From positions 411,931-475,930 of the forward strand of contig CAVURS010000004.1 in the NCBI GenBank assembly GCA_963743975.1: a DNA stretch of 64,000 nucleotides, in the 5' to 3' direction. This DNA comes from an uncultured Actinomycetota bacterium (GTDB lineage: Bacteria > Actinomycetota > Actinomycetes > Actinomycetales > CAVURS01). The notes under the pieces are model-generated. The model searched no databases, had not been told where the DNA came from, and saw only the letters and a list, made by a program, of their open reading frames with translations. Within the stretch, counting starts at the first letter, position 1. Each line of letters opens with the position of its first letter. The position numbers were made by a program, and so were the translations under genes. Shown here one piece after another: positions 18,384 through 28,685 of the stretch.

Positions 18384-18746
18384 ATGTCTGTTGAGACGCG
18401 TGCGCCCGAGGGTGCACGAGTGAGTGGATTCGGTCCGGACTGGGCGAGCCGGGGGGCTTGCCGGACAGCTGACCCGGACGCGCTGTTCGTCCAGGGAGCG
18501 GAGCAGAACCGGGCCAAGCAGGTGTGCATGTCCTGCGTCGTGCGCACCGAGTGCCTGGCCGACGCCCTGGACAACGAGGTCGAGTTCGGCGTCTGGGGTG
18601 GCATGACCGAGCGCGAGCGCCGGGCCCTGCTCAAGCGCCGGCCGAACGTGAAGTCCTGGCGCCGGCTGCTCGAGGCCGCCCGCGCCGAGCACGAGCGCAG
18701 CCTGGCCACGACGGCCCCGGCTGAGCTCGTCGCCAACGCCGGCTAG
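18384..18746 (+). CDS. WhiB family transcriptional regulator (Fe-S, redox-sensing)
   Basis: 120 aa. Four Cys in the WhiB pattern (C..x..[10 protein letters not shown]), the GVWGG turn and a basic C-terminus. It occupies the whiB4-like position between the PBP and the ArsA-like ATPases. Confidence 0.9.
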   Translation: MSVETRAPEGARVSGFGPDWASRGACRTADPDALFVQGAEQNRAKQVCMSCVVRTECLADALDNEVEFGVWGGMTERERRALLKRRPNVKSWRRLLEAARAEHERSLATTAPAELVANAG

Positions 18747-19893
18747 CTAGCGCCCGAGGTCGCTGCCGACGGCGCGCAGCCCCTCGAGGTCGTGCACGTC
18801 GCCGTCGCGGGCCCGCACCCGCACCGACGGCACCCCCGGGTGCGCGCGGGCGAACCGCGCCGCCAGATCCTGCTCCCGGGTCGCCAGACTGACCCGCTGG
18901 GCGTGCAGCCGCAGCAGCCGCGCGGTCAGGTCGTGGCCACCCAGCTCGTCCAGCGTCTCGGCGCCCGCGAGGCTGCGCTCGGCCGACAGCGTGGACGGCC
19001 CGGCGTCGTGCACCCGGTTCAGGACGAGCCCCGCGAGGGGCATCCGCTCCTGCGCCAGCCGCTCCACGAAGTACGACGCCTCCCGCAGTGCGTCCCGCTC
19101 CGGTGCGGCGACCACCACGAACGACGTCCCCGGCGCCTTCAACAGCTCGTACGTCGCGTCGGCGCGCTCGCGGAACCCCCCGAACATCGTGTCCAGGGCG
19201 GCCACGAACTGCTGCACGTCGGTGAGCACCTGCGCGCCCAGGACCTTGGTGAGCGCTGCCGGTCACCGCGCCGACCCCCGCGCTCACGACCTTGAGGTAC
19301 GCCCGGCCGCCGGCTCGCGCGGGCGCGGCCAGGAGCTTGATCAGCCGCCCGTCCAGGAACGAGCCCAGCCGCTGCGGCGCGTCCAGGAAGTCCAGCGCCG
19401 AGCGCGACGGAGGGGTGTCGACGACGATCAGGTCCCAGTCCCCGCTGGCCTGCAGCTGCCCCAGCTTCTCCATCGCCATGTACTCCTGCGTGCCCGCGAA
19501 CGAGCTGGACAGCGCCTGGTAGAAGGGGTTGGCGAGGATCTGGGCCGCCTTGTCCGGCGTGCTGTGGGCCTCGACGATCTCGTCGAAGGTCCGCTTCATG
19601 TCCAGCATCATCGCGTCGAGCCGCCCGCCGCCCGCCCGGTCGACGCCCCTCACCTCGCGTGGGGTGTTGTCCAGCTGGTTCAGCCCCATGGACTGGGCCA
19701 GGCGGCGGGCCGGGTCGATGGTCAGCACGACGGCGACCCGCCCCTTCTCGGCCGCGCGCAGGGCCAGCGCGGCGGCGGTCGTCGTCTTGCCCACGCCGCC
19801 GGAGCCGCAGCAGACGACGATGCGGGTGGCCGGGTCGGTGATCACCCGGTCGAGGTCGAGAGCGACGTTCGATCCGGCACGGGTCGGGCTCAT
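18747..19893 (-). pseudogene. ArsA/Get3-like anion-transporting-type ATPase (Rv3680-like); one frame break near 19254
   Basis: The N-terminal part is in ORF 18631..19893 (deviant Walker [18 protein letters not shown]; DTPPS). The C-terminal part is ORF 18747..19229. The junction is read as ...GAVTGS / [16 protein letters not shown]. Confidence 0.85.
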
Positions 19894-20908
19894 GACATGC
19901 CCTGGTCGGCCAGCTGGTTCGCGAGCTCGTAGAGCGCCCCGAGGTCGATCCCGCCGGTCAGGGCGGGCAGCTGGTAGACCGGCCGCCCGGCGGCCCGGAC
20001 GCGGGTCAGCTCGCGCTTCTCCAGGGCGACCCGGGCGCCGTGCTCCGCGGCCTCGGCCAGCAGGCCGTCCACGACCGACTCCCGATCGGGCAGTCCGGCC
20101 GCGGCCAGCCCCTCGGCGACGGACGACCGGTCCAGCCGCCCGGCGGCTGCGGCGGTCAGCTCACGGGCCCGCAGCACCGGCTCGCGCACGGCGTTGACCA
20201 CGATCCCGCCCAGCGGCAGCTGGTGCTCGGCGAGCTCCTCGAGCGCGTCGAGGGTCTCCTGGACCGGCATCTCCTCCAGCAGGGTCACGAGGTGCACGAC
20301 GGTCTGGGGCGAGCGCAGCAGCCGGGTGATCGAGTCGGCCTGGTTCCGGATCGGCCCGACCCGGGCGAGCCCGGCCACCTCGGAGTTGACGTCGAGGAAG
20401 CGCACGATCCGCCCGGTCGGCGGCGCGTCCAGGACGACCGCGTCGTACACCGGCTGGTCGCTGGTGGCGCCCCGGCCACCGGACCGGGCGCCGGTCTTGC
20501 GCCGCACCGCCTCGTAGACCTTGCCGGTCATCAGCACGTCCCGCAGGCCAGGCGCGACGGTCGTCGCGAAGTCGACGACGCCGAACCGCTCCAGCACGTG
20601 CCGGCCCGCCCGAGCTTGTAGAACAGCTGGAGGTACTCCCACAGCGCGGCCTTGGCGTCGACGGCCAGCCCGAGCACCTCGCCGCCGCCGCGCCCGAGCG
20701 CGACCTTGCGCTCGACGTACGGCAGCGGCGGGACGTCGAACAGCTGGGCGATGCCCTGCCGCCCCTCGACCTCGGCCAGCAGCACCCGCCGCCCCTCGCT
20801 GGCCAGGGCCAGCGCGAGGGACGCGGCGACCGTGGTCTTGCCGGTGCCGCCCTTGCCGGTCACGATGTGGAGGCGCACGCCGTCCCAGTCACGATCACCG
20901 GCGGGCAT
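19890..20908 (-). pseudogene. ArsA/Get3-like ATPase (Rv3679-like); one frame break near 20604
   Basis: The N-terminal part is ORF 20531..20908 (IVTGKGGTGKTTVAASLA). The C-terminal part is ORF 19890..20642 (VVLDAPPTG). The junction is ...YKLGRAG / HVLERFGVVDF. Its stop overlaps the start of the downstream paralogue. Confidence 0.85.
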
Positions 20909-21004
20909 GCGGAAAGGCTAACGGCGGGACGCCGGGCTCAGCGCGGCGAGCGCCCGAGCACCCGGTCACCCGCTGTCCCTGGCCGGACGCCCCGGTCCGT
21001 CCTG

Positions 21005-21060
21005 CCTGTGGACAAGTCCTCGACTCCAGCCGCGACCCTGTGGACAGGGCCTGTGGAAAA
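21005..21060 (-). promoter_or_regulatory. Three copies of a DnaA-box-like motif (minus-strand reading TTGTCCACAGG, CTGTCCACAGGG, TTTTCCACAGG)
   Basis: Read directly on the + strand as CCTGTGGACAA 21005..21015, CCCTGTGGACAG 21036..21047 and CCTGTGGAAAA 21050..21060. They lie 97-150 bp upstream of the ArsA-like operon start (20908) and are oriented with that operon. Confidence 0.4.
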
Positions 21061-21108
21061 CCAGTGCCGTGCACGGCCGGCTGCTCGGGGCACGTTCCGC
21101 CCGACTCG

Positions 21109-21143
21109 CTCTGCTCTGCTCCCCCGTGGGGAGCAGAGCAGAG
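21109..21143 (-). terminator. Perfect 16-bp stem-loop downstream of the alpha/beta hydrolase gene
   Basis: CTCTGCTCTGCTCCCC cgt GGGGAGCAGAGCAGAG, 45 nt after the reconstructed stop at 21188. There is no U-tract, which is common in high-GC actinobacteria. Confidence 0.5.
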
Positions 21144-21187
21144 TCACTCGGCAGCGAGGTGGCGGGAGGCGCAGGCCGTTTGAACGA

Positions 21188-22125
21188 TCAACTTTCTGCA
21201 GCAGCGGCAGCGGCGGGGGATGGCGCGAGCGCGGTGAGACGGGCGAGGACAGCCGGCCAGGCCGGGCCGAGCGGGTCGATCAGGCCGAAGTGCTCGATGC
21301 TCCGGCAGCTCGCTGAGGTGGACGACTGACCGAGGCCCGGGCGTGGTGCCGGGCGTACCGGCGGCTGAGGTCGGGCGGCACGATCCGGTCCAGCTCGCCG
21401 TGGACCAGCTCGACCGGCACCGGCGGAGGGTCGAGCAGCATCGGGTCGGCCGCGGCGTACCGGTCGGGCACCTGGTCGGGGTCGCCACCGAGGAAGGCCT
21501 GGACGGCGCCGCGGTCCCCGGAGGCGCCGAGGCCGAGCTGGGCCGCCCGGCGCAGGTCGCACACCCCGGCCAGCGACACCACGCCGGCCAGCCCCGGTAC
21601 CGGCACCTGCGAGGCGGCCCAGAGGGCGAGGTGGCCGCCGGCACTGTGCCCGAGGAGCAGCACCGGGCGGGCGGGGGCGGCCGGCACGGTGGGTGAGGTG
21701 GGGGCGGCCAGCACGGTGAGGGCGGTTCGCACGTCGTCGGCGGTCCCGGGCCAGCCGCCGCCGGGCATGCCGGTACGGCGGTACTCGGGGGCGGCGACGA
21801 GGTAGCCGGCGGCGGCCAGCGCCTGGCCGAGCGGGCGGACGTGCGTCCGGTCGTAGCCGGCGCGCCAGAAGCCGCCGTGCAGCAAGACCACCAACGGCGT
21901 CGTGGGGGCGGTCGGGTCGGCCGGCCGCCAGAGGTCGGCCACCTGGTCGGGGCGCTCGCCGTAGCGCACCTCGGCGTCGGGGGGCGGCGCCGGGCGGTCG
22001 AGGATCTCGGCCGGGTCGCGCCGGCGCGGCTGAGGCACGGCAGCCAGCGTGCCAGCCGGCGCTACGCTCGCGCCATGCCGGACAACACCGCGTGGGAGTA
22101 CGCCACCGTCCCCCTCATCGTCCAC
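21188..22125 (-). pseudogene. Alpha/beta hydrolase (esterase/lipase-type, GHSAGG); two frame breaks near 21310-21335; start uncertain
   Basis: ORF 21280..22125 carries HGGFW and LLLGHSAGGHLALW. The C-terminus continues in two other frames (VVHLSELPE, then IEHFGLIDPLGPAWPAVLARL, stop 21188). The 22125 start overlaps the DUF4177 gene, so an internal start is likely. Confidence 0.7.
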
Positions 22126-22239
22126 GCCACCAAGCAGATCCTCGACCAGTGGGGAGCGGACGGCTGGGAGCTGGTCCAGGTCGTCAGCGGGCCGGACGGC
22201 AACGGCCTGGTGGCCTACCTGAAGCGGGCGAAGCCGTGA
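22075..22239 (+). CDS. DUF4177 domain-containing small protein
   Basis: Inner ATG 22075 of ORF 21841..22239. MPDNTAWEYATVPLIVHATKQILDQWGADGWELVQVV..AYLKR is the conserved actinobacterial DUF4177 pattern. Confidence 0.7.
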   Translation: MPDNTAWEYATVPLIVHATKQILDQWGADGWELVQVVSGPDGNGLVAYLKRAKP

Positions 22240-22708
22240 GCGCGGTCGAGGACCGGCTGGCCGAGCTCGGGCTCAGCGTGCCGGCGGTCGCGGCTCCGGT
22301 CGCGGCGTACGTGCCGGCCGTCCGGGGCGGCCCGTTCGTGTACACGTCGGGGCAGCTGCCCATGGTGTCCGGCCAGCTGGCCGCGACCGGGAAGGTCGGG
22401 ACGGGCGCCGGCGACGTCGAGCCCGGACGACGCCAAGGACCTGGCCCGCACCTGCGCCCTCAACGCCGTCGCGGCGGTCAAGTCGGTGGTCGGCGACCTG
22501 GACCGGGTCGTGCGCGTCGTCAAGGTCGTCGGCTTCGTCGCCTCGCAGCCCGACTTCACCGGCCAGCCGGGCGTCGTCAACGGCGCCAGCGAGCTGCTGG
22601 GGGCGGCGTTCGGGGACGCCGGCGTCCATGCGCGGTCGCGCCGTGGGTGTGGCCGTGCTTCCCCTCGACGCACCGGTCGAGGTCGAGATCATCGTCGAGG
22701 TGCGGTAG
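22236..22708 (+). pseudogene. RidA/YjgF family reactive-intermediate deaminase; two frame breaks (~22420, ~22635)
   Basis: GTG 22236 overlaps the upstream stop. The pieces VYTSGQLP..., then PDDAKDLARTCALNAVAAVKSVVGDLDRVVRVVKVVGFV..., then SAVGVAVLPLDAPVEVEIIVEVR-stop (22708) are read in three frames. Confidence 0.8.
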
Positions 22709-23342
22709 CCCGTTCGCCGAGCAGGACGCGGTGCCGGAGCGCCTCGCGGAACGAGAACGTCGCCAGCTCGATGAAGACCTGCGGGTTGCTGTCGCCGTTC
22801 TCCTGCGCGATCTGCAGCAGCGACGTCGCGACCATCTGCGCGCCGACGCCCGCGGCCTCGGCCACGTCGGAGATGACCCGGACCCGGCTGCCCGCGGCCA
22901 GCATCGCGTTGCACCGCGCCAGCAGGGCCGAGTCGCCGGTCAGGAACCCCTGCTGGTCGCGGTGCAGGACGCCGAGGTCGACCAGGCGCTCGGCCGCCCC
23001 GGGCCGCTGCAGCGTCAGCGTCTGCACCGTGGAGGCCATCAGCCGCCCCGTCCGCCCGTCCCCCGCGGTCGCGGGCGACGGCGGCTCGCTGAGCAGGATG
23101 TCGAGCGCCACGTGGCCGCCGCGCTCGCGCAGCAGCACCGTGATGTCGCTGAGCGTCAGGCCCCGCGCCAGCAGCGCGCGGACCGTCCTCAGCTGAGCGA
23201 GATGGGCCGGTCCGTAGTAGCCCGTGCGCCCGTGCATTCGTGGTGGGTCGAGCAAGCCGCGCTCGCGGTACGCACGAAGGTTGCGCTTCGTGATCCCGCC
23301 CGCGTCGGCGAGCTCGGCCGCTGTGTACTCGGCCGAAACCAT
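22689..23342 (-). CDS. MerR family transcriptional regulator
   Basis: 217-aa ORF. N-terminal HTH: YTAAELADAGGITKRNLRAYRERGLL..GYYGPAHLAQLRTVRALLARGLTLSDI. Confidence 0.85.
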   Translation of the reverse strand: MVSAEYTAAELADAGGITKRNLRAYRERGLLDPPRMHGRTGYYGPAHLAQLRTVRALLARGLTLSDITVLLRERGGHVALDILLSEPPSPATAGDGRTGRLMASTVQTLTLQRPGAAERLVDLGVLHRDQQGFLTGDSALLARCNAMLAAGSRVRVISDVAEAAGVGAQMVATSLLQIAQENGDSNPQVFIELATFSFREALRHRVLLGERATAPRR

Positions 23343-23563
23343 GCTGTTGTGAGCCCCCTGCTGCGTTCACCCCTGTGCCGCCCCTGAGGCGCGGGCCCGT
23401 CGGGCCGCGCGCCAGTCCGATAGTGACAGATCGGCTGATGCCTCGTGCCGGTTACTGACTGACTGGTCAGGTCCGGGCGCGCCGTCAGCCGTTCCGGAGC
23501 GGTCCTACGATCAGCGCGTGACGCTGCATCAGTTCCCCCTCGACCCCGAGGGGCAGGTCGCAG

Positions 23564-24452
23564 GTGCAGGCGCAGGGCTGGCTGGACGAGCGGCACCCCC
23601 CGCCGGTGACGCCCCGCCCCGCTTCCACGGTGCTGCTGCTGCGGGAGCGCGCGAGCGCCGTGGAGGTGCTCATGCTGCGGCGCCGGACGACGATGGCCTT
23701 CGCCGCCGGCATGCACGCCTTCCCCGGCGGCGGCGTCGACCCGCGGGACAGCGAGCCCGGCGTGCCGTGGGTGGGGCCGTCGCCGCAGGAGTGGGGCACG
23801 GCGCTGGGCTGCCCGGTCGAGCTGGCCGAGGCGCTGGTCTGTGCCGCGGTCCGCGAGCTGTTCGAGGAGTGCGGCGTGCTGCTCGCCGGGCCGGACGAGC
23901 GACTCCGTCGTCGCGGACGTCAGCGCAGAGGACTGGGAGCGCGACCGCCGGGCGCTGCTCGACCGCAGCCTGGCCATGTCGCAGCTGCTGGTCCGGCGCG
24001 GGCTCGCGCTGCGCTCGGATCTGCTGCGCCCGTGGGCGCACTGGACCACACCGGTGTTCGAGCCCCGGCGCTTCGATGCGTGGTTCTTCCTGGCCCGCCT
24101 GCCGGAGGGGCAGGTGGCGCGCGACGTCGGCGAGGAGGCCGACCGCACGCAGTGGCTGGCCGTCGAGGACGTGCTCTCCGGCCACCGGCAGGGCCGGCTG
24201 CCGATGATGCCGCCCACCGCAGTGAACCTGCAGGAGGTCGCGGCCGCGGTCCGCACCGCGACCGGTCAGGACGGGTCGCCGCTGGACCGCGTGATGGGCT
24301 CGGCCCGCACGGTGGGCCGGGTGATGCCGTGGCTGCAGCCCGGCGCGGGCGGTGACGTGGTCATGGCGGTCGACGTCGACGGCCGCGGCGGGGGGCGACC
24401 CGGGCCGGACGGCGCCTGGGCCGGGGCGCGGGTGGAAGGGTCGGCCGGGTGA
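23564..24452 (+). pseudogene. NUDIX hydrolase; one frame break near 23897
   Basis: ORF 23564..24355 holds the Nudix box region (FPGGGVDP...[14 protein letters not shown]). The rest continues in ORF 23841..24452 ([13 protein letters not shown]...[11 protein letters not shown]). Confidence 0.8.
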
Positions 24453-25270
24453 GCGGTCCGGACGGCGCCGCGGGCGCCTGGCTGGGCGGCGCGGCCGGTG
24501 ACACGGCGTACTGCGTGCTGGCCCCGAACCCCGGGCCGATGACGCTCGACGGGACGAACACCTGGGTGCTCGGCGCCCCCGGCGGGGACCGGGCCGTGGT
24601 GGTCGACCCGGGGCCGCTGGACGAGGGGCACCTGGGCCGCGTGCTGGACGCCGTACGGGCCCGCGGGGCGCGGGTGAGCGAGGTGCTGCTCACCCACGGG
24701 CACCGCGGACCACAGCGCGGGCGCGGCCCGCTTCGCCGAGCTGGCCGGGGGCGTGCCCGTGCGGGCCCTGGACCCGGCGTACCGGCTGGGCGACGGAGGG
24801 CCTGGGCGAGGGGGACGTCGTGCGGGCCGGGGACCTCGTCGTCCGGGTCGTCGCCACTCCCGGCCACACGGCGGACTCGCTGTCGTTCCTGCGTGCCGGC
24901 CGACGGCGCCGTGCTGACCGGCGACACGGTGCTGGGGCGGGGGACGACCGTCGTGGCCTACCCGGACGGCCGGCTGGCGGCCTACCTCGAGTCGCTGGAC
25001 CGGCTGCTCGACCTGACCGAGACGGGTGTGGTGACCAGCATCCTGCCCGGGCACGGCCCGGTGCTGGCCGACGCCCGCCGGGTGATCGAGGAGTACCTCG
25101 AGCACCGCAGCGAGCGGCTGGAGCAGGTCCGGGAGGCGGTCGCGGCCGGAGCCCGGTCGCCGCGCGAGGTGGTGGAGACGGTGTACGCCGACGTCGACCG
25201 CGCGGTCTGGCCGTCCGCCGAGCTGAGCGTGCGGGCCCAGCTGGAGTACCTCGAGCAGCAGAGCCGCTAG
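24449..25270 (+). pseudogene. MBL-fold metallo-hydrolase; about three internal frame breaks (~24704, ~24797, ~24890)
   Basis: The outer frame is open. After LLTHGH, however, the conserved sequence ([16 protein letters not shown]..., then [31 protein letters not shown], then [14 protein letters not shown]) is found in shifted frames before returning to the first frame. Confidence 0.8.
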
Positions 25271-25277
25271 CGCCCGC

Positions 25278-25956
25278 TCAGCGGGCGCGGCGCTGCAGCC
25301 GCTCGACGTCGAGCAGCAGCACGGCCCGGGCCTCCAGGCGCAGCCAGCCGCGCGAGGCGAAGTCGGCCAGCGCCTTGTTGACGGTCTCCCGGGAGGCGCC
25401 GACGAGCTGGGCCAGCTCCTCCTGGGTGAGGTCGTGGGCGACGAGGACCCGGCGTCGGTCGGACCGGCCGAACCGCGCGGACAGGTCGAGCAGCGCCTTG
25501 GCCACCCGGCCGGGGACGTCGGAGAAGACCAGGTCGGCCAGGTGCTCGTTGGTCCGCCGCAGCCGCTGGGCCAGGGCCTTCAGCAGCTGCTTGGCGACCT
25601 CGGGCCGGTCGACCAGCCAGGCCTGCATGGTGTCGTGGCCGATGCCGAGCAGCGTGGTCTCGGCCACCGCGGTCGCCGTCGCCGTGCGCGGGCCGGGGTC
25701 GAACAGGCTGAGCTCGCCGAACATCTCGCCCGGCCCGAGGATCGCCAGCAGGTTCTCCCGGCCGTCCGACGCTCGAGCGGCCGAGCTTGATCTTGCCCTC
25801 GGTGATGACGTAGAGCGTCTCGCCCGGGTCGCCCTCGGCGAACAGCTCGTCGCCGCGCTCGAGGTGGGTGCGGCTCATCGAGGCGCGCAGGGACGTCGCC
25901 GCCTCCTCGTCCAGGCCCGCGAACAGCGGGGCGGAGCGAACGACGTCATGGTCCAC
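25278..25956 (-). pseudogene. crp: Crp/Fnr family cAMP-responsive global regulator; one frame break near 25770
   Basis: The C-terminal part is ORF 25278..25724 ([17 protein letters not shown]...[20 protein letters not shown]...ERLQRRAR). The N-terminal part runs from GTG 25956 ([18 protein letters not shown]...[13 protein letters not shown]). It closely resembles the M. tuberculosis Crp sequence as I remember it. Confidence 0.9.
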
Positions 25957-26061
25957 GCAGCGCAGTCTGCCGCACCGGCCGCCGCGCGCGTGCGTCGGCT
26001 CGCCCGTACCCTGTGCGTGCCACGCAGCTCCGCGACGCCGGCGTCCCACCTCGGCCGCCGC

Positions 26062-26796
26062 ATGCCAGCGGCAGGCGCTGGGCGCCGCGACGAGACCCCG
26101 GTCGCCCGGACCCGGCGGGCTCGCAGGATGTACCGCGAGCTGCACGAGCTCTACCCGTACGCGCACTGCGAGCTGGACTTCCGCTCCCCCTGGGAGCTGC
26201 TGGTCGCCACGGTGCTGTCGGCCCAGACCACCGACGTCCGGGTCAACCTGACGACGCCCGCGCTGTTCGCGCGCTGGCCGGGACCGGCCGAGCTGGCCGC
26301 GGCCGACCGGGCCGAGGTCGAGGCGCTGATCCAGCCGACCGGGTTCTTCCGGGCCAAGACCGCGAGCATCCAGGGGCTGGCCCGCGCCGTGCTCGAGCGC
26401 TACGACGGCCAGGTGCCGAGCCGGCTGGAGGACCTGGTCACGCTGCCCGGGGTCGGCCGCAAGACCGCGAATGTGGTGCTGGGCAACGCCTTCGGCATCC
26501 CCGGCATCACCGTCGACACGCACTTCGGGCGCCTGTCCCGCCGGATGGGCTGGACCTCGGAGGAGGACCCGGTCAAGGTCGAGCTCGACGTCGGTGCGCT
26601 GTTCCCCCGCCGCGACTGGACCATGCTGTCGCACGTCGTGATCTTCCACGGGCGGCGCACGTGCCACGCCCGCCGGCCGGCCTGCGGTGCCTGCCCGGTC
26701 GCGGCCTGGTGCCCGTCGTACGGCGTGGGGGAGACCGACCCGGTCCTGGCCCGCAAGCTGCTCAAGTTCGAGCGGGCGACGGAAGCCGCCGGATGA
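26062..26796 (+). CDS. nth: Endonuclease III
   Basis: Inner ATG 26062 of ORF 24820..26796. HhH: [13 protein letters not shown]. Fe-S cluster loop: [18 protein letters not shown]-terminal region: [22 protein letters not shown]. Confidence 0.9.
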   Translation: MPAAGAGRRDETPVARTRRARRMYRELHELYPYAHCELDFRSPWELLVATVLSAQTTDVRVNLTTPALFARWPGPAELAAADRAEVEALIQPTGFFRAKTASIQGLARAVLERYDGQVPSRLEDLVTLPGVGRKTANVVLGNAFGIPGITVDTHFGRLSRRMGWTSEEDPVKVELDVGALFPRRDWTMLSHVVIFHGRRTCHARRPACGACPVAAWCPSYGVGETDPVLARKLLKFERATEAAG

Positions 26797-27500
26797 CGTC
26801 GGCCGACCCTCCCGGCTGGCTGGTCGCGCTGGCCGGCCGGGCCGGGGAGCTGCACGAGCCCCTGGCCCGCCGGCTGCCGCCTCCCGCGGGTGGCCGCCGG
26901 TCGGCGGTGCTGATCCTGTTCGGCCCCATGCGAGGGCTCGGCGGCGATGTGGACGTCGTGCTCACCCAGCGCTCGACCACCTTGCGCTCCCATCCGGGAC
27001 AGGTGGCCTTCCCGGGCGGTGCGGTCGACCCGCAGGACGCCTCGTCGGTGGCCGCGGCGCTGCGCGAGGCGGCGGAGGAGACCGGGCTGGAGCCGGACGG
27101 CGTCGAGGTGCTGGGCACGATGCCGGAGCTGTTCCTGCCGCCCTCCGGCTTCGTGGTGACGCCGGTGCTGGCCTGGTGGCGGCGCCCCAGCGCGGTGCGG
27201 CCGGTCGACCGCCGTGAGGTCGCGCGCGTGGCCCGGGCGCCGCTGTCGGAGCTGCTCGACCCGGCGAACCGGTTCATGGTCCGCCATCCGAGCGGCTACT
27301 CCGGCGCCGGGTTCTCGGTGCGCGGACTGTTCGTCTGGGGCTTCACCGCCGGCCTGCTGGACCGGGTGCTGACCGAGGCCGGCCTCGAACAGCCCTGGGA
27401 CCGCAACCGGTTCGAGCCACTGCCGTCGATGGTGGACCCGGCCGACGACTCCCAGCTGGTCTCGCCGGACACCGTCGTGCCCGAGCGGGGGACCGCGTGA
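26793..27500 (+). CDS. NUDIX hydrolase (CoA pyrophosphatase-like)
   Basis: ATG 26793 overlaps the nth stop (ATGA). Nudix box: [27 protein letters not shown]. It is preceded by SAVLILF. Confidence 0.8.
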   Translation: MTSADPPGWLVALAGRAGELHEPLARRLPPPAGGRRSAVLILFGPMRGLGGDVDVVLTQRSTTLRSHPGQVAFPGGAVDPQDASSVAAALREAAEETGLEPDGVEVLGTMPELFLPPSGFVVTPVLAWWRRPSAVRPVDRREVARVARAPLSELLDPANRFMVRHPSGYSGAGFSVRGLFVWGFTAGLLDRVLTEAGLEQPWDRNRFEPLPSMVDPADDSQLVSPDTVVPERGTA

Positions 27501-28681
27501 TCGACGTCCTGCTGCTGCTGCTCATCGTCGGGTACACCGTCATCGGGTTCCGCCAGGGACTGCTGATCAGCGCCCTGTCCCTCGTGGGGTTCCTCGGTGG
27601 CGGCGCGCTCGCCATGTGGCTGCTGCCCGCGCTGCTCTCGCAGTGGCTGGGCGGCTCGAACACCTTGCGCACCAGCGCGGTGCTGGTCGGCGGCGTGCTG
27701 CTCGCCGCCTCCGCCGGGCAGGCCTGGTCGGGTCGCTCGGCGCCCGGCTGCGCGGCTTGGTCCACTTCGCGCCGGCGCAGGCCGTGGACTCGGTGCTCGG
27801 CGCCGTGGCCAGCCTGGTGGCGATCAGCCTGCTCACCTGGTTCGTCGCCGGCGCGGTGCGCGGCGTCGAGGGACCGGTGTCGCGCGCGATCGGCCGATCC
27901 CAGGTCATCGCGGTCCTCGACGACGTGGTCCCGCCGCAGACCGCCAGCTGTTCTCCGGCTTCCGCAGCCTGCTCGACCAGGGCGGCTTCCCGAAGGTCTT
28001 CGACTCGCTCGGGCCCGAGCGGATCCTGCCGATCGACCCCCCGGCGGCCGGCGTCGTGAGGTCGGCCGCGATCCGGGCGGCCGCGGGCTCGATGGTGAAG
28101 ATCACCGGCGTCGCCCGGTCCTGCAGCCGGACCCAGGAGGGCAGCGGCTGGGTCGTCGCTCCCGGCCGGGTGGTGACCAACGCGCACGTGGTCGCCGGCG
28201 AGCGCAGCCAGCTGGTCCGGCTGCGGCGGCACCGGCCCGGCCTACGACGCCCAGGTCGTCGTCTTCGACTCCAAGCGCGACCTGGCGATCCTCGACGTGC
28301 CGGGCCTGCGGGCGCCGGCGCTGAAGCTCGGCACGGACGTCGACCGCGGCGCCTCGGCCGTGGTGGCCGGGTTCCCGGAGAACGGGCCGTACGACCTCGA
28401 GGCGGCGCGGGTGCGCCAGGTGCTGACCGCGACCGGCAACGACATCTACGGCCGCCCGGGGATCGCCCGGCAGGTCTACTCGCTGTACACGACCGTGCGG
28501 CCCGGGCAACTCCGGCGGCCCGCTGCTCGACCCGTCGGGCCGCGTCATCGGGGTGGTGTTCGCGACCTCGCTGGACGACCCGCGGACCGGCTACGCGCTG
28601 ACCCTGAAGGAGACCCGGCCGGTGCTGGCCCAGGCCGGCGCGAGCAGTCCCGTCTCGACCGGGGGCTGCGCGGCGGGCTGA
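27497..28681 (+). pseudogene. marP: MarP-like membrane serine protease (CvpA-type TM domain plus trypsin-like domain); four frame breaks (~27725, ~27946, ~28222, ~28507)
   Basis: The TM N-terminus is in ORF 27497..28324. The following pieces are in other frames: ...SLLTWFVAGAVRG..., ...VVTNAHVVAG (His), ...RDLAILDV (Asp), and ...RPGNSGGPLLDPSGRVIGVVFA (Ser), with the stop at 28681. Confidence 0.8.
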
Positions 28682-28685
28682 GCGC

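Noticed and set aside
21005-21060. Chromosomal origin (oriC) or a second origin
   Set aside because: There are only three boxes, no dnaA, dnaN or other replication genes nearby, and no AT-rich unwinding element. The surrounding synteny corresponds to a region far from oriC in the relatives I remember.
23450-23470. MerR operator (CTGAC-N6-GTCAG within TTACTGACTGACTGGTCAGG) in the merR/NUDIX divergent region
   Set aside because: It has only 5-bp arms and its position relative to a promoter is unknown. I could not identify -35 and -10 elements with the 19-bp spacing typical of MerR promoters. It is too weak to report as a feature.
24820-26796. 658-aa + strand ORF
   Set aside because: It is a composite. 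Its 5' third is a shifted-frame piece of the MBL hydrolase, its middle is antisense to crp, and only the last 244 codons (from ATG 26062) are endonuclease III.
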